From Scenedesmus sp. PABB004 (taxonomy: Eukaryota), in contig JABVCE010000007.1 in assembly GCA_014905635.1 (NCBI GenBank), positions 620,001 to 684,000 of the forward strand: a stretch of DNA of 64,000 bases, written 5' to 3'. The notes beneath the pieces are model-generated. The model was not told the DNA's origin and made no database searches. It saw only the letters and a list, made by a program, of their open reading frames with translations. The translations under genes and the position numbers were made by a program. Of the stretch, positions 32,401 to 45,548 are shown piece by piece. Each line of letters opens with the position of its first letter. Position 1 is the stretch's first letter.

Positions 32401-35400
32401 TCAGCCGCGGTACACGGCGATCTGCGCGCTCGTGCTCTGCAGCTTGCCGTACAGCTCCGACTCGACGAGCTCGAAAAACTGCGCCGGGCGCGGGCGCGGA
32501 CGCGCGGGCGGCGTCGTGGCGGCGGCGCGCGCGCGCGCCGGCGCCCGCGCCCCGCCGCGCGCGGCGGCCCGCGGCGCGGCGCGGCGCGGCGCGCCTTGAC
32601 GATGCGGGTGTGCACGTTGACGCTCGAGTTGATGACGCTCAGGCGCAGCTCCGCGTCGAGCGCGAGCTCCTTGGCCTTCTCGACCAGCCCGCTCAGGCGC
32701 TCGACCTCGGCCGCCAGCATCTCCTGCCCGTCCTCAAACAGGTTTTGGTTGACGCGGTTCTGCGCCTCGTCAAACTCGTCGGCGTAGAGCTGCCCGCCCA
32801 TGAAGAAGTAGGCAAAGGCGTAGCTGTTGGACAGAACCTGGCCGGCGAGGGCGGCGGGCGCGGCGGTGGGGCGGGCGGCGGCGAGGGGCAGGCCCGCGGC
32901 GGTGGGGCGGGCAGGCCCGCGGCGCACGGGCCGGCGGCGTGGCCCGGCGGGCGCGCCGCGCCTGGCGCGCCATGCGCAGCTGCTCCAGCGCCTTGAGCAG
33001 CCAGCCAAAGTCGCGCGACTCGGTGCCGTCGTGCTCCGACGCAGCGATGCGCGACACGAGCTTGGACCTGCGCGCCCGCCGGCGGGTCGGACGACGCGGC
33101 GGCGTGGTTCGCGCGCGCCGCGCGCCGCGCGGCGCGCCGCCGCCCCGCCCCGCCCTGTTGCGCCGCGCCGCGCCGCGCCGCCGCGCGCTGTGTGCTGTGT
33201 GCTGTGCGGTGGCGCCGGGTGCGCGCCTCACCGGTTGCTCTTCTCCTTGTTGAGCGAGTCGAGGTGCTGCTTGTAGCGCTCAAAGTAGTGCAGGTAGCGC
33301 TTGTGGCTGCGCATCGCGTCGTTGATCTGGGCATGGGCGTGGGCGTGGTTGTGGTGAGGGCGCGGTGTGGGTGTGGGTGGGCGGGTGAGGGCAGGTGTGT
33401 GGTGTGGGCGTGAGGGCGTGGGCGTGGGTGGGTGGGTGAGGGCAGGCGAGCGCAGGTGAGCGTGTGTGTGTGGGAACGCGCGCGCGCCGCGCCTTGGCGT
33501 CGGCCTCGTCCTTGTAGCGCCCGCAGCTGTGGTTCTCGATCTGCGGGCGAGCGCGCGGCGGGCGTGTGAGCGGCGGCGGCGCGCGCAGCGCCGGCCCGCG
33601 CGCAGCGGCGGGTTGCGCGGCGGCCACCTGCGTCCACGTGTGCCGCGTGCCCGTGCCGCAGCCGCACAGCCAGCAGAAGGGCTGCGGCGGCGGCGGGGCG
33701 CGGCGGCGGCGGCGGGGCGTCAGCGCGCGCGGGGGCGCTGCTGCGCGCAGCCGCGCGCCGTGCCCCGCGCGGCGCCGCGCCGTGCCTGGCCGCAGGAGCA
33801 CACGACGAGGTTGCAGCCGCCGTTCTTCTCCACCGGCTTGGCGCACTTGGGGCAGGGCTGCGCGGGCGCGGGTGCGTCGGTGCGCGCGCGTGCGCCCTGC
33901 CGCGAGCGCGCGCGCCGCGCCGGCAGGCGCCGCCGCCGCCACGCTGCCACGCCGCGGCAGCGGCGGCGCGCCTTGGTGTTTGCGGCGAGCCAGTTGCGCG
34001 TCTCGCTGTCGCCGTTGATCTTCTCGTCCCACATGCCCCACATCTCGCACGTGCACGGGCTGTGCGGCGCGCGCGCGCACTTGAAGCAAAACGCGACGCC
34101 GCAGGGGCACTCCGGCTCAACGTACGGGTCGCTGTCGACCTGGCGCGACACGCGCGGCGGCGGCGCGGTGCCGGCGCGGCGGCGGCGGCGCGGCTCGGCC
34201 TCCGGGCCGGGCGCGGGCACCCCACACCACGCGCCGCCGCGGCGCGTCCCGCACAGCGAACCCCGCGCCGCTCTCTGCCCGGCGGCTCTCACCTCGACGG
34301 CGCGGCCGCACCAGGGTACGCTGGGGCAGAAGGCCACGCGATGGTTGTCCTCCATGTAGCTCTCCAGGTGGCTCTGCCGGTACTTGGCCAGCAGCTCGGC
34401 CTCGCCCTGCGCCGCGGTCGCGCCGGCGCGGCGCGGCGTTCGGCGTCGCGCGCCGCGCGCTGCGCGCCGCGCACGCCGCGCGGCGAGCCCCGCGCGCGCG
34501 CTCGCAGGACGGCCGCGGCGGCGGCGGCGCTCGGCGCTCGGCGCGGCGCGCTCGCACGGCGCGCCTGCATGACCGCGGCGACGAGCTCCTCGTCCGCGAC
34601 GACGCCGCACTTGTAGGCCATGCAACTGATGTGCCGCGCCTTGCCGTCCTGGATCTGCACCGCGAGGTGGCTGCGCCAGCAGCCCGAGCAGAACGTGTGC
34701 CCGCAGCCGTTGGTGGAGCACTCGGAGCGGTCGTGCTCGCACATGCACACCTCGCACGCCACCGGGCCCGCCGCGTCGTCGTTGGCCGAGCCTGCGCGCC
34801 GCGGCGGCCGCGGCGGCGGCGGCGCGCGCGCGGTCGGCGGCCGCGCGGGCGGGCGGGCGCGGGCGGCGCGCTTGCGCGCCGCACCCGCTGCCTTGGCGCC
34901 CTCCTGCTGCTCGGCCACGCCGGCCGCCTTGTAGACGTGCTCCGGCCCGCGCTCGGCCAGCTCGCCTGCCGCCAGGGAGGGGGGAGCAAGCGGGGGCGTG
35001 AGCATACTCCGCCGGCTGCCGCGCAACGAGTACCGCCCAGCCGCCCAGCCGCCGCGGCTCGAGAGTGGTGCGCGCGCGTGCGCACGCGCGCGGCCCCGGC
35101 AGCAGGCTGCAAGCGCGGCAGCGCGCAGCGGCTGCGCCGCGCGTCTGGCGCGCGCTGCCGCGCTCACTCAGCAGCTTCTCCTTGTCCCACATGTGGTGCA
35201 TCAGCAGCGTCTTGGCCACGCTCTTCTTGCAGCCCCAGATGGCCTCCACGTCCGCGACCGCCTCGGCCTGAGGTGAGCGCGGGCGGGCGGGCGCCCGTCG
35301 CGCACGCAGCGCCGCGGGCGGGGCGCCGCGGGCGGGGCGCCGCCGGCCCCACACACATCCACACCCACCCACACGCACCTGGACCTTCTTCAGCAGCTCC

Positions 35401-35600
35401 GCGTCGATCACGCGGTATGGCGGGCGCTCCTTGGCGGCGCCGGGCGGCGCGTCAAGGCCCATGTCGGCCTCGTCGTTGTCGCTGCTGTCGCAGTAGCTCG
35501 TGCCGTCGCCCGACGACGGCGCGCCGTCGTCGCTCGAGCCCGCCGCCTCGTCCTCGCTGACCTCCACGTCCGTCATGCGCACCGAGCCGGGGCCGACCAT
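32401..35600 (-). CDS. ARI: ARIADNE-family RBR E3 ubiquitin ligase
   Basis: Acidic N-terminus. RING1 CEVC...CGHTFCSGCW, IBR FCPSVPWC...CPCGVAFCFKC...HSPCTC, RING2 CPKCAKPVEKNGGCN...FCWLC. Ariadne domain RYLHYFERY...LSNSYAFAYF. Confidence 0.92.
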
Positions 35601-36535
35601 GGCGCCGCGCGCGGGCGCGGCGCGCGGCCTGGCGGCAGCGGGCGCGGGCGCGGCGGGCGCGTGCGGCGCGTGAGCGCCGGGCGCCGCCGCGGTCGGGCGC
35701 GGCGACAGGCCACCCGCTGCACGCATCCCCGCCGTCCTGACGCGGCACGGGCGCAGAGCGGCGCGCTGGCGGCCGCTGCAGGCGCCGCCGCTGCTGCTCC
35801 GCCGAGGCCAGCCCTCCCGCCGCAGCCACGCCCCGCCGAGGCGTTGCCCGCAGCGCCCGCGATCGCCAAACACGCGCAGACACTCACCGCGGCCGAGCTG
35901 GCACGCCCCGCGGGCCCGGCGCGCGGGGCGGGGCGCCCGCACCCGCGCAGGTGCCTGGCCCCGCCGCTGCGGCACGGTCCGAGCCTGGGCGCCGGCGGAG
36001 GGCAGGCTGCGGATCGAGACCGTCGACGCGAGCGCGCGCGCGCGGCCCCGGGTGCTCTGCAGGAGGCGCAGCAGCACGCGAGCGAGCGGCGGCGCGGCGC
36101 TGTGTGTGGCGCTGTCTGGCCGTGCCGCTGCCCCTGCCCGGCGTGGGATTATCCGGCGGGCACCCGCAGGAGGAGCCCCCCGCGGCCGGGGCGCTCGCGC
36201 GTGCGCCGCGCCGCGCCGCAGAGCCCCGCCGCCTGCCGACGCGCGGACGCGCCGCGTCCGAGTCCGCGGGCGACCCTGTCACCACCCTGCCACGCTCGCT
36301 GCACCGCGGTCGCGCCGCGACGCTCCTGCCGCCGTCGCGCGTGCGGCCCTCGGCGCCCGCCGCGGCGCCGCGGCACCGCCCAGCTGTGCACGCTCGCCGC
36401 GCTCTCGTGCCGCGCTCACAAACAAAACTGCTGCAGCCCTCGAGCCGAGGGCTGCCCGCGCCGGGCGGCGCGCCCGCAGGGGCGGGCGCCCGCGCTCCCG
36501 GGCTGCTCGCCGCCGCTGCTCGCTCGTGGGTGCGA

Positions 36536-37226
36536 TCAGTCGTCGTCCACAAACTCCCTGCGTGGCGGCGGCGGCGGGGGCGAAGGGCGTGAGAGCGGGC
36601 GCGCACGGCGCGGACCCGCTGCGCGGCCCCGCCCCGGCCGGCCAGCCGGGCGGGCCGCACGCCCTGGCCGGCAGCCGCCGGGCGCGGAGCGCGCAGCGCG
36701 GCGCGCCTGCGGTCCGTCCACTTGGGCTTGCGGATGCGCGCAATCTCGTCCTGCGTCGCGGGGAGTCAGCGGAGGAGGGGTTGAGGCCGCGCAGCCGCTG
36801 CAGCGGCGCGCCGGCAGCAGCGCTGCCGCGGCGCGCGCCTCAGCGGCGGCGGGCCCCGCCGCGCGCCGCCGCGCTGCCCTGGCGCCCCGGCGGCGGGCTC
36901 ACGTCGTTCATGTACTCCCCCGTCTCCTCAAAGTTGGCGCGGTTCATGGCGCGCAGCTCCTCCAGGCGCTCCTCGTCGCGCTCGGTGCGGTTGATGTAGA
37001 ACGCGGGCGCGCCGATGCCGAACAGCAGGCCCAGCGCCAGGCCCGCGAAGCTGAGCTGCGTGTCGGGGTCGCTGAAGTCGAGCTCGATGGCGCGCGCCCG
37101 AATGGCGGCCCGCGCGGGGCGCTGCTGCTGCAGCGCCCGCGGCGACGCGCGCAGCGCCGGGCGCGCCGAGCGCGCAGGCGCGACGAGCGCACTGGAGCGG
37201 CCGCCAGCCACGGCCAGGCCGGCCAT
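36536..37226 (-). CDS. Small single-pass membrane protein with plastid-transit-like N-terminus, 3 exons
   Basis: MAGLAVAGGRSS... transit-like region, IELDFSDPDTQLSFAGLALGLLFGIGAPAFY (TM), then ERDEERLEELR / DEIARIRKPKWTDRR / EFVDDD*. Confidence 0.75.
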
Positions 37227-37580
37227 GGCGCGGGGCGCTGCGGCGCGGCTGCTGCTGTCCACGCGACGGCCGGGCGCGTGCGGGGGCGGCGCTGCGGCGT
37301 CGGGTGTGGTCGGGAGGCGCTGGTTGTGCAGGGACGAGCGGCGGGGCGCACAGGGGCAGGGCGCTCGCTGGGCGCCGGGGTGCGTCTCAGCGCCGGTCCG
37401 CCGCCGCCGCAGTCCTTGGCCGCCTGCGCAGCGGAGCCCGGGCGACGCGTGAGGCGAGTCGAGCAGCTCACCGCCAGCTCACGGCCAACCACGCAGCAGC
37501 GCGCCGGCCCCCCTCGCGCGCCGCCGCCGCCGCCGGAGCAGCGCGCGCCAGCGCTGGCCGCGAGTCCGGCCGGCCGCGCA

Positions 37581-38778
37581 ATGAGCGCCGCGGGCGGCGC
37601 GGCAGGGCCGGCCGGGCTGGCAGGCGGCCAGAGCGGCGACGGCCAGGCCGCCGCGCTGGCCGCGCACATAGCGCGGCTGGAGGACCACCGGCGCCTGTGC
37701 GAGCTCAGCGGCCGCTACGCAGAGGCCGCCGCGGCTGCGGCGCGCGTGCGGGAGCTGCGCGGCGCGCAGGCGGCGCGCCTGCGCGGCGACCTCGGCGCCC
37801 TTCACCGCGCGGAGCTGGCGGCCGTGCAGGAGCGGCACGCGCGGTCGACGGCGTCGTTCGACGCGGGCTGGCGCGCGCGCGTGGGCGACTATGAGGCGGG
37901 CGTGGCGGCGCAGCAGGCGGCGCTGTGCGCGACGCACGACGCCGCGGTCGCCGCGTTTGACCTCGCCGCCGAGCTCCAGCGCCCCGCCAAGCCAGTGCAT
38001 AGCGGCGACTACATCGCCCAGCGGCGAACGGAGGAGCTGTTGGTCAAGCAGGTGCGCAGCTGCAGCTGCCCCCAGCTGGGGGCGCCGCGCCTGGGGGCTG
38101 CAGCCAGCTGGCTCGTTGAGAGTTGCGGGGCGAGCCGGCCCGGCGGCTGCAGCTGCGGGCGGCTGCAGCCGCCCGCGCACCGCCCGCGCGGCGCGCCCCG
38201 CAGGGCGCCTACCGCAAGGCGCACGCGCTGAAGGTCGCCGCCGACGGGCTCTTCGTCGGCGAGCTGGCCGCGACGCACGCGGCGTGGGACGCGGACGTGC
38301 AGCTGCGGCGCGCCAAACTGCTGATCAAGCAGCAGGGTGCGCGATGCTGCAGCGGGGGCGGCGGGGCCTCGCGGCCAGGCCCCCTGTGGGCCCGCGCGGC
38401 GCAGCCGCCGCAGCTCCACAGCATGCGCCCGCCGCCCCCGCCTGGCGGCGCAGGCGAGGCCGACGCCGCGCTGCAGCGCGCCGCGCGGGGGCGCGACGAG
38501 CTGGAGCTGCGGCGGCTGGACGAGGCGCAGCGGCGCCACAACCGCCTCCGCTGCGTGGTGCAGGTGTGCGCGCCGCGGCTGCGGGGGGCGCCGCCGCGGT
38601 GCCACCGGCTGGCTGACCTTGACCTGCCCCTGCGGCGCAGGGGCTCGAGGGAATGCACCGCCTGGAGACTGTGCAGCTGGAGAGCTGGCTCGAGGGCGGC
38701 GCCGAGGGGGCGTTCGCGCCGCTGCGGGAGAGCGCCGCGTTTCGGCGCAAGCGCGAGCAGCTGCTGGCAAGCCTGTGA
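37581..38778 (+). CDS. Hypothetical coiled-coil protein, multi-exon
   Basis: MSAAGG...LEDHRRLCELSGRYAEA...EELLVKQ / AYRKAHALK / ...RKREQLLASL*. Exons are joined by plausible GT-AG introns. Confidence 0.65.
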
Positions 38779-38864
38779 CCTGCGCCGGTGCGGCCGCCAC
38801 GCACGACCCGGCCGCGCGGCGCGCCGAGGACTGGGCGGTCACACAGCATGCTGGTGCGCCCAAG

Positions 38865-40958
38865 CTACGGCGTGCCCCCGCCGGCGCCGCTGCCCTGCTT
38901 GCTCCCGCGCGCACCGGGCCCGGTGCGCCCGGCCCCGACCGTGGCGGGCGGAGCTCGCGAGCTGCTCGCGCCGCCGCCGCGGCCGCCGCCGCACGCCTGG
39001 GCGCGGCTGGCCACGATGGTGTCGACCGTGCGGCCCCTCTCCTGTGCGATGCCACCAAACGGCACGCACCGCGTCTCGCGCGCCGGCTGCGACGCGAGCA
39101 TCGACCGCGCGCTGCCGGCCGCCGCCGCAGCGCCGGGCACGGCCGCCTTGCGCGCCGGGTGCGCTGCGTCGTCCCACGTGCGACCGCACCTGCGCGCGAC
39201 ACGCAGCAGACGCGCACGTAAGGCAATTGCCGTCAACGCGCCGCCTGCGCAGCGCGCTCCATGCACGCGCCTGCCGCGCAGCGCGCTGCGCGCGCTGACC
39301 CAGTCGCAGCCCCGCCTGCCCGGGTGGCCGCGCACCTGTCCGCCTCGCCGGGCGAGAGCTGCTGGAAGGTGAGCAGGGAGAACACGTCCACGCGGTGCGG
39401 GTTGTCGGCAGAGCGAAAGGGGTCCGCCACGAGGCCGCGGCCCTGAGGGCGGCCGCGGCCCACCACCGTGCCCGGCGGCAGCGCCTCCTGCGCGGGGCGC
39501 GGCCGTGCGCAGTGCGGTGGCGTTGCCGCCCTCAGCCGCCGCGCCCGGCGCGCTGCGGCCCGCATGCGCCCGCGAGCACAGCCCGTGTCGGCCGGCGCCC
39601 GCGCCACACCTCGACGCGCACGCACTGCGCGGCTGTCACCCAGCGGCCGGCCGCGGACGGCGGCGCGAGGGGGCGCTTGCCGACGGGCGGGAGGTCGCAC
39701 CAGCACCCGTCCGCCGGCACTCCCCCCGCCCAGGTGGCGGCGTGCAGGTGGTCTGCCTCCGGCTGCTCTGTCGCGCGCTTGCCCTTGTTGGGCTGGATCA
39801 GCCGGTTGCCCACCCAGGCGTCGGCCTGCGCCGCCTCGGCGGCTTCGTCAGCGGCGGGGCCATCGCGCAGCACGCGCTGCTGGAGCAGCGCAAACAGGTC
39901 GGGGCGGCCGCGCAGCGCCGACGGGTCGGGCGCGTGGCCGCGGCCCTTGGCCGGGTTGATTGCGGGATGGCCGACCCACGCGTCGCAGCTCGCGCTGCCT
40001 GCGGCTGCACGCGGGCAGCGCGCGCGCAGCGCGGCGCGCCGTCGGCGGCCGCCGCCGGCGCCGCGCGTGCGCGTGGGCGGCGCGCTGGGCGCGGCCCGCG
40101 CGGGCGTGCGTGCGCACCCGCCGCCGTGTGCGCGAGCAGCTGCGAGAGGGTGATGCTCCGTTTGGCGTCGGTCGGCGCCGGCACCCAGCGCTTGCCCGCG
40201 CCCGTGGCGGGGATGCTCATGTGCCCGATCCAGCTGTCCGCCCCGCCGGCCTCCGTGCCCTGCAGCAGGCCGAAGAGGCTCTTGCGGCCGTCGGGGCCGA
40301 CCGGGCCGAGAGCGCGCGCGTGCCCTCGGGCCGGAGCGGCAGGCCGCGCGGGTGCAGCTCGCCTGGCGCGGCGGCGCGCGGCGAGCTCAGCGCGCGCAGC
40401 GCTGCGGCGAGGGGGCGTGCGCGCGAGCTGGGCGCCGCCGCCGCCGCCGCCGCACCCGGTGCGCCCTCCTTGAGGAGCGAGACGTCGCCCCAGCCGTGCC
40501 ACGCCGCGCGCTGCAGCGAGCCGTCGCGCGCGTCTGCGCGGCGGGCAGGCGGCGGTCGGTGAGGCCAGCGCGCGCGAGCGACCGCGCGGCGGGCGCACTC
40601 GCTTGCGCGTCTCACTCGGCGCGTGCTGCTGGGCGCCGACGGAGAAGAGTTTGTGTGTCGTCTCGGTGAGCGGCGGCACGGCGGGCACGCTGCGCGTGAA
40701 CCTGCGCGGCGGCCACCGCGCAGGTCGGGGCGGGGTCGGGCAGGGTCGGGGCGCGCGCCGAGCGGCGCCGCTCGGCGCGCGCCGGCCGGCGCAGCCACCA
40801 GCGAGGGCCCCGGCCGAGCTACGAAAAAACTGAATCGTGGCGCGCCTGACGTGCGGCGCCGCCTGCGCCGCGGTCGCAAAGCTGCGGCTCCCGCAGGAGC
40901 TCCGGTAGCCGTTCAGCAGCTCGCCCCAACTGCTGGGCACTCGCTCAGGCTGGGCCAT
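38865..40958 (-). CDS. Hypothetical protein, multi-exon (3' end uncertain)
   Basis: Non-low-complexity exons MAQPERVPSSWGELLNGY, FTRSVPAVPPLTETTHKLFS, DGRKSLFGLLQ, WVGNRLIQPNKGKR and DVFSLLTFQQL flanked by splice-like sites. Confidence 0.5.
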
Positions 40959-41313
40959 GGCGGCGCGCGCGCCGCCGCTGTCTCGGCGCCGCGCCGCGCT
41001 GGCCGCTGCGCCGCCGGCTGCCGCGCGAGCTCGGGCGTGGGGCGGGGGACTTGCTGGCGCAGCAGGGCCAGGGCTGCAGGAGAAATGTTGCAGCGGCGTT
41101 GGGTCTCAGCAGTGCGGCGCGCGAGACCCTCGCTGCGCGCCGGACTGGCCGCCACACCGGCGCCCGCTCGACAGGCAGGACGCCCTCACGACCAGCCACA
41201 CCAGGGGCGCTCGCCGGAGCCCGGGGAGGCGCGAGCAGCCCGGACGGCACCGGCCGCTCCCTCCACCGGCGAGCGCGCGCCATGCCGGCGCTATAGCATT
41301 CGTGGCAGCGGCT

Positions 41314-44300
41314 ATGGCAGCGCCGGGCGCGCGCGCGTGGTGCCTGTGGCTGCTGGCGCTCCACGGCGCGGTAGTGTGCGGCCGCGCACGCGCCGCCTGC
41401 GACGCCGGCTGCCCCGCGGCGCCGGCGGTGGTGTGCGGGAGCGATGGGCGGAGCTACGCCAACGCCTGCGTCGCGGCCTGCGCCGGGGCGAGCGTGCGGG
41501 CGCAGGGCTACTGCCCGGGTGCGCGCAGCTGCCGGCCGCGCCCTCCCGGCCCCCGCACCGCGCGGCCAGGGCGGGGGCGGGCTGGCCGGCCTGCCACGCA
41601 GCAGTGTGGGCGCGCCGGGCAGCAGCGGCGCGCGCGGCGGCCGGCGGCGCCGGGCCGCGCGCGGCGCGCCGCTGCTGCCCGCGCCGAGTGCCGCCGGCGC
41701 GGCCCGTGCTCCCCCGCCGCTGACCCCCTCGCGCTCTCCGACCCCAGGTGACGCCGTCCGCTTCGTCCCGCCCGGCGACGAGGGCAGCAGCAGCAGCAGC
41801 AGCGGCGGCGGCGGCAGCGCAGGCGCCAGGCCGGGCGCGCCGCAGCCCAACTGGCGGGCCGCGCGCGAGCGCGCGGCGGTGGTGACGCCGGAGGTCATGA
41901 ACCGCTTTGCTGACCAGGGCTACGTCTACCGGGGGCGCGTGGCGGTGTCGGGCTCGGGCGTGCGGCCCAAGGAGCGCCTGCAGGTCACGACGGACGCCGA
42001 CGCCGCGGCCGGCAGCCCGCCCAGCAACAGCAGCAACGGCAGCGGCACCAGCGGTGGCGGCAGCACCACCACCAGCGGCAGCGGCAGTGGCGGCGGCAGC
42101 AGCAGCAGCAGCACCAGCACCACCAGCACCAGCGCCGCCACCAACGCCACCAGCGCGGCCCGCCCGGCAGCGCCGGCGCCCGCCGCAGCGGCGGCGGTGG
42201 TGGCGGCAGTGCCCGCGCAGGCGCCCGCCGCGGTGGTCGTGGCGGTGCTGCGCGTCGACAGCAAGGGCAACCTGTACCAGAAAACGTGCGGCCCCGGGGC
42301 GTCGCGCGCGGCTCTCTGGCCCGCCAGCTTCAGCTGAGCGGGGCGCGCGCCCTGACGGCCGCTGCCCCGCCCCCGCGCCTGCCGCCGCAGGTTCACGTAC
42401 GACCCCAAGCGCTTCCCGGCGACCTCGTACCCGCCGTTTGACCCCACCGTCGGCGGCACGGTCAACACCAGCCTCGCGGCGTTCACGGCGGCCGCCGCGG
42501 CCGCGAGCGCGGCCGCGGCGGCGCCCGCGAGCAGCAGCAGCGCGGCCGCGAAGGCGCCGGCGGCACCGGCGCCGGCCAGCGCGCCGGCGCCGACGCCCAA
42601 GCCTGCCGCAGCGCCGGCCCCCGCGCAGGCGCCGGCGCCCAAGCCGTCGCCGTCGCCCGCTCCCGCTCCCGCGCCGGCCAAGGCGGCGTCGCCGCCGCCG
42701 GCCACAAAGCCGCCCAGCAGCAGCGGCAGCAGCAGCAGCAGTAGCAGCAGCAGTGGGAGCAGCAGCGGGAGCAGCAGCAGTGGCAGCGGCAGCAGCAGTA
42801 GCAGTAGTGGCAGCAGCAGCGGCAGCAGCGGCAGCAGCGACGGGAGCAAGCCTGCCTCTGGCATGCTGCAGGGCGCCGGCGGCGAGCTGATCACGCCCGA
42901 GGCCGGCGCCTATGCCGGCAGCAGCGGTGGCGCCGTGGCCGGCGCGCCCGCGCCGGCGGTGGTCTCGGAGCGGCCAGGCGGCGGCGGCGACGAGCCCGCC
43001 ACCACGACGGTCACCTTTGCCACCGATGACGGCGCCGACACGGAGCTGCTGCTCGGCGGCGCGGCGGGCGCGGGCGAGGCCGCGGGCGGCGAGCCTGCGG
43101 GCGAGCCCGGCGTGCAGCTGGAGTCGGGCGGCGGCTGCCCGCGCGGCACCGCGCCCGTGTGCACCGACGTCGTGACGGGCGGCAGCCGCTACTTTGGTGC
43201 CAAGACCAACGCCAGCGCGGCGTCCGACCTCACGCCCATCGTCGGCCTCGGACGCGTGAGCGGCGTGACGCTCTACTTCAACGCCACGAGCGGCTGCCTG
43301 CGCGGCGCGGCGCTCGCGTACCACGCGGCGGCGCTGCCAGGCGTGTACCTCACCAGCGCGCTGCTCGGCAGCGCCGCGTCGACGCCCGCGGGCGTGGTCG
43401 TGCGCTCGCTCGCGCTCGCGCCGGGCGAGGCGGTCGTGCGCGGCCTGGTGTACGCGCCGACGTGAGCGCCCTGCCGCGCGCGCTGCTGGCCGGCGCCGCG
43501 CCGCGCCGCGCGGGCTGCGAGGCTGCCGCCTGACGCCGCCGCCGCTCGCGCTGCGGCCGCCGCGCCCGCTCCACCCCCTCAACCCAGGTGCGTAAAGTAC
43601 ATCAAGCTCACGACCGACCGCAACGCCAGCGTGTCGGTCGGCGCCGCGCCGCCGGGCGCGGCGCTCTTCACGCCCGCCGCGGGCCGCCCCGGCGGCCGGC
43701 TCGTGGCGCTGCGGGGCTTCCAGGACAAGCCCACGACCAAGGGTGCGCGCCCGCCGCGCCTGCGCGGCGCGCGCACGTGGGGCAGGGGTGCTCGCTGCCG
43801 CACGCGGCGGCGTGGCGCGGCCGCCCGACCCGCGCCCGCCGCCCGCTGCCCTGCGCCGCAGTGGTCGCCGGCGGCGCCCCGGTCAGCGCCCCCGGCGTGC
43901 TGAAGCAGCTGCAGCTGGTGTGGGGTGAGACGGCGTGCACCTGCAACGTGACGCAGCCGCAGCTGCCGGCGGCGGTGGCGACCGCGGCAGTGCCGGCGGC
44001 GGTGGCGACGGCCGCAGCGCCGGCGCCTGCGGCAGCAGCTGCTGCCAAGCCGGCCGCGCCCGCCGCGAGCCCCGCCGCCAAGCCGAGCCCCAGCCCGCTG
44101 CCGGCGAGCATCGGCGGCGGCGGCGCGGCCAAGCCGGCCGCCGCCAGCGGCGCGCCCGCCAGCGGCAGCGGCCGGCGCCTGGCGGGCGCGGCCGACACCG
44201 ACGGCGGCGCCGACGCCGCGCCGCCGCACCGCCGCCGGCTGCGGCAGCTGCTGTCGCGGCTGGGGCTGGGCGACGCGGCGCGGCACGGCGGCGGCGACGC

Positions 44301-45102
44301 GGGCGCGGGGCACCTCGGCGGCGCGGCGCGGCGCGTGCTGAGCGTGCTGTTCCCCGACACGCGGCAGCCCTGCCCCGTGCTGACGTTCCCCTTCCAGACG
44401 CTCGGGCAGATCAACGCCAAGGCCGCCGACGGGGGCTTTGTCTGCTCGGGCGGCCTCATCGGCGAGTCGCGCGTGCTGACGGCGGGGCACTGCGTGTGGG
44501 ACGACCGCGACGCGCAGGGCCCGTTCCGGGACCTCTCCTTCTCGCCGGGGCAGTGGAAGCGCGACGGCCGCGTCACGCCGCCGCTCGGGTCCGTGGAGTG
44601 GGACTACGTCACGCTGTTTGAGGCGTACGTCAACGACCCCGACGGCGGCGGCCTCGCGTACGACGTGGCCGTCATAACGCTCGCGTCGCCGGTCGGCCGC
44701 GCGCTCGGGCACCTCGGCGTGCGCGGCGACGCGGGCGCGTGCCGGCCGTCGCCGCTCACGCTCACGCTCGCGGGCTACCCGGGCGAGGACCCGGCCTTCC
44801 CCCTCGCCGGCGGCGCAGCGGGCGGGTGCTTCCACGACTCGTGCACCGTGTCGTTCTCGTGCGGCGTCTCCATCACCAACCACACCTGCGACAGCTACGT
44901 CGGCCAGAGCGGCGCGCCGATGTACGACCGCGGCGCGTACGTGCGCGCGGTGCACACGCTCGGCGTGCTCCCGGGGTTTAGCGTCTCCAACGGCGCCATC
45001 ACCATCACCAAGTTCCTGCTCGACAACCTCATGGGATACTTTGTGGACGGCGGCTTTGCGCCCGCGCCGCCGCCCGGCGCCGCCGGCGGGGGCTACTACT
45101 GA
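41314..45102 (+). CDS. Secreted multidomain protein: Kazal domain, Ser/Pro/Ala-rich linkers, jacalin-like lectin domain and trypsin-like (S1) serine protease
   Basis: Signal peptide. Kazal VCGSDGRSYANACVAAC. LAPGEAV...YIKLTTDR...LVALRGF...LQLVWG (jacalin-like). Catalytic triad LTAGHC / YDVAVITL / GQSGAP. Confidence 0.85.
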
Positions 45103-45418
45103 CCCGCCACGGCGCGCGGGGAGGATCGGGAGAGTGCAGCGGAGCGCAGCAGAGCGCAGGTGCGGGGGACGGGTCGGCGCGCATCGCCTTCCTTGGCATT
45201 CCTCGATGCTGCGCCCCGCGCTGCACAAGCGCGCGGCGGGGGCGGCGGCCCCGCCGCCGCACGCGGCAACTCGCGTGTCGCGCAGCCCAGTTCAGCGGCA
45301 GGTCACAGATCACGGCCCCAGCCCCGCCCCGCGCGCGCAGCCCCGGCAGCACGCGCCGCCGCGCCCCGCTTCTTCGCCCGGCATGGCCGCCCTCGCCTCG
45401 CTGCCCCGCTGGCTGCCC

Positions 45419-45436
45419 TCTCTGTCTCTGTCTCTG

Positions 45437-45470
<34 letters not shown>
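45419..45470. repeat. (TCTCTG)n-(TC)n microsatellite between convergent genes
   Basis: tctctg repeated about six times, followed by a tc run. Confidence 0.9.
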
Positions 45471-45548
45471 GCGCGCAGTCACTGGTCCGTGGCCTCGCCC
45501 CGCCCCACACCACATGACCACACGGCGCCCCGCCTGCGCCCGCGGCCA

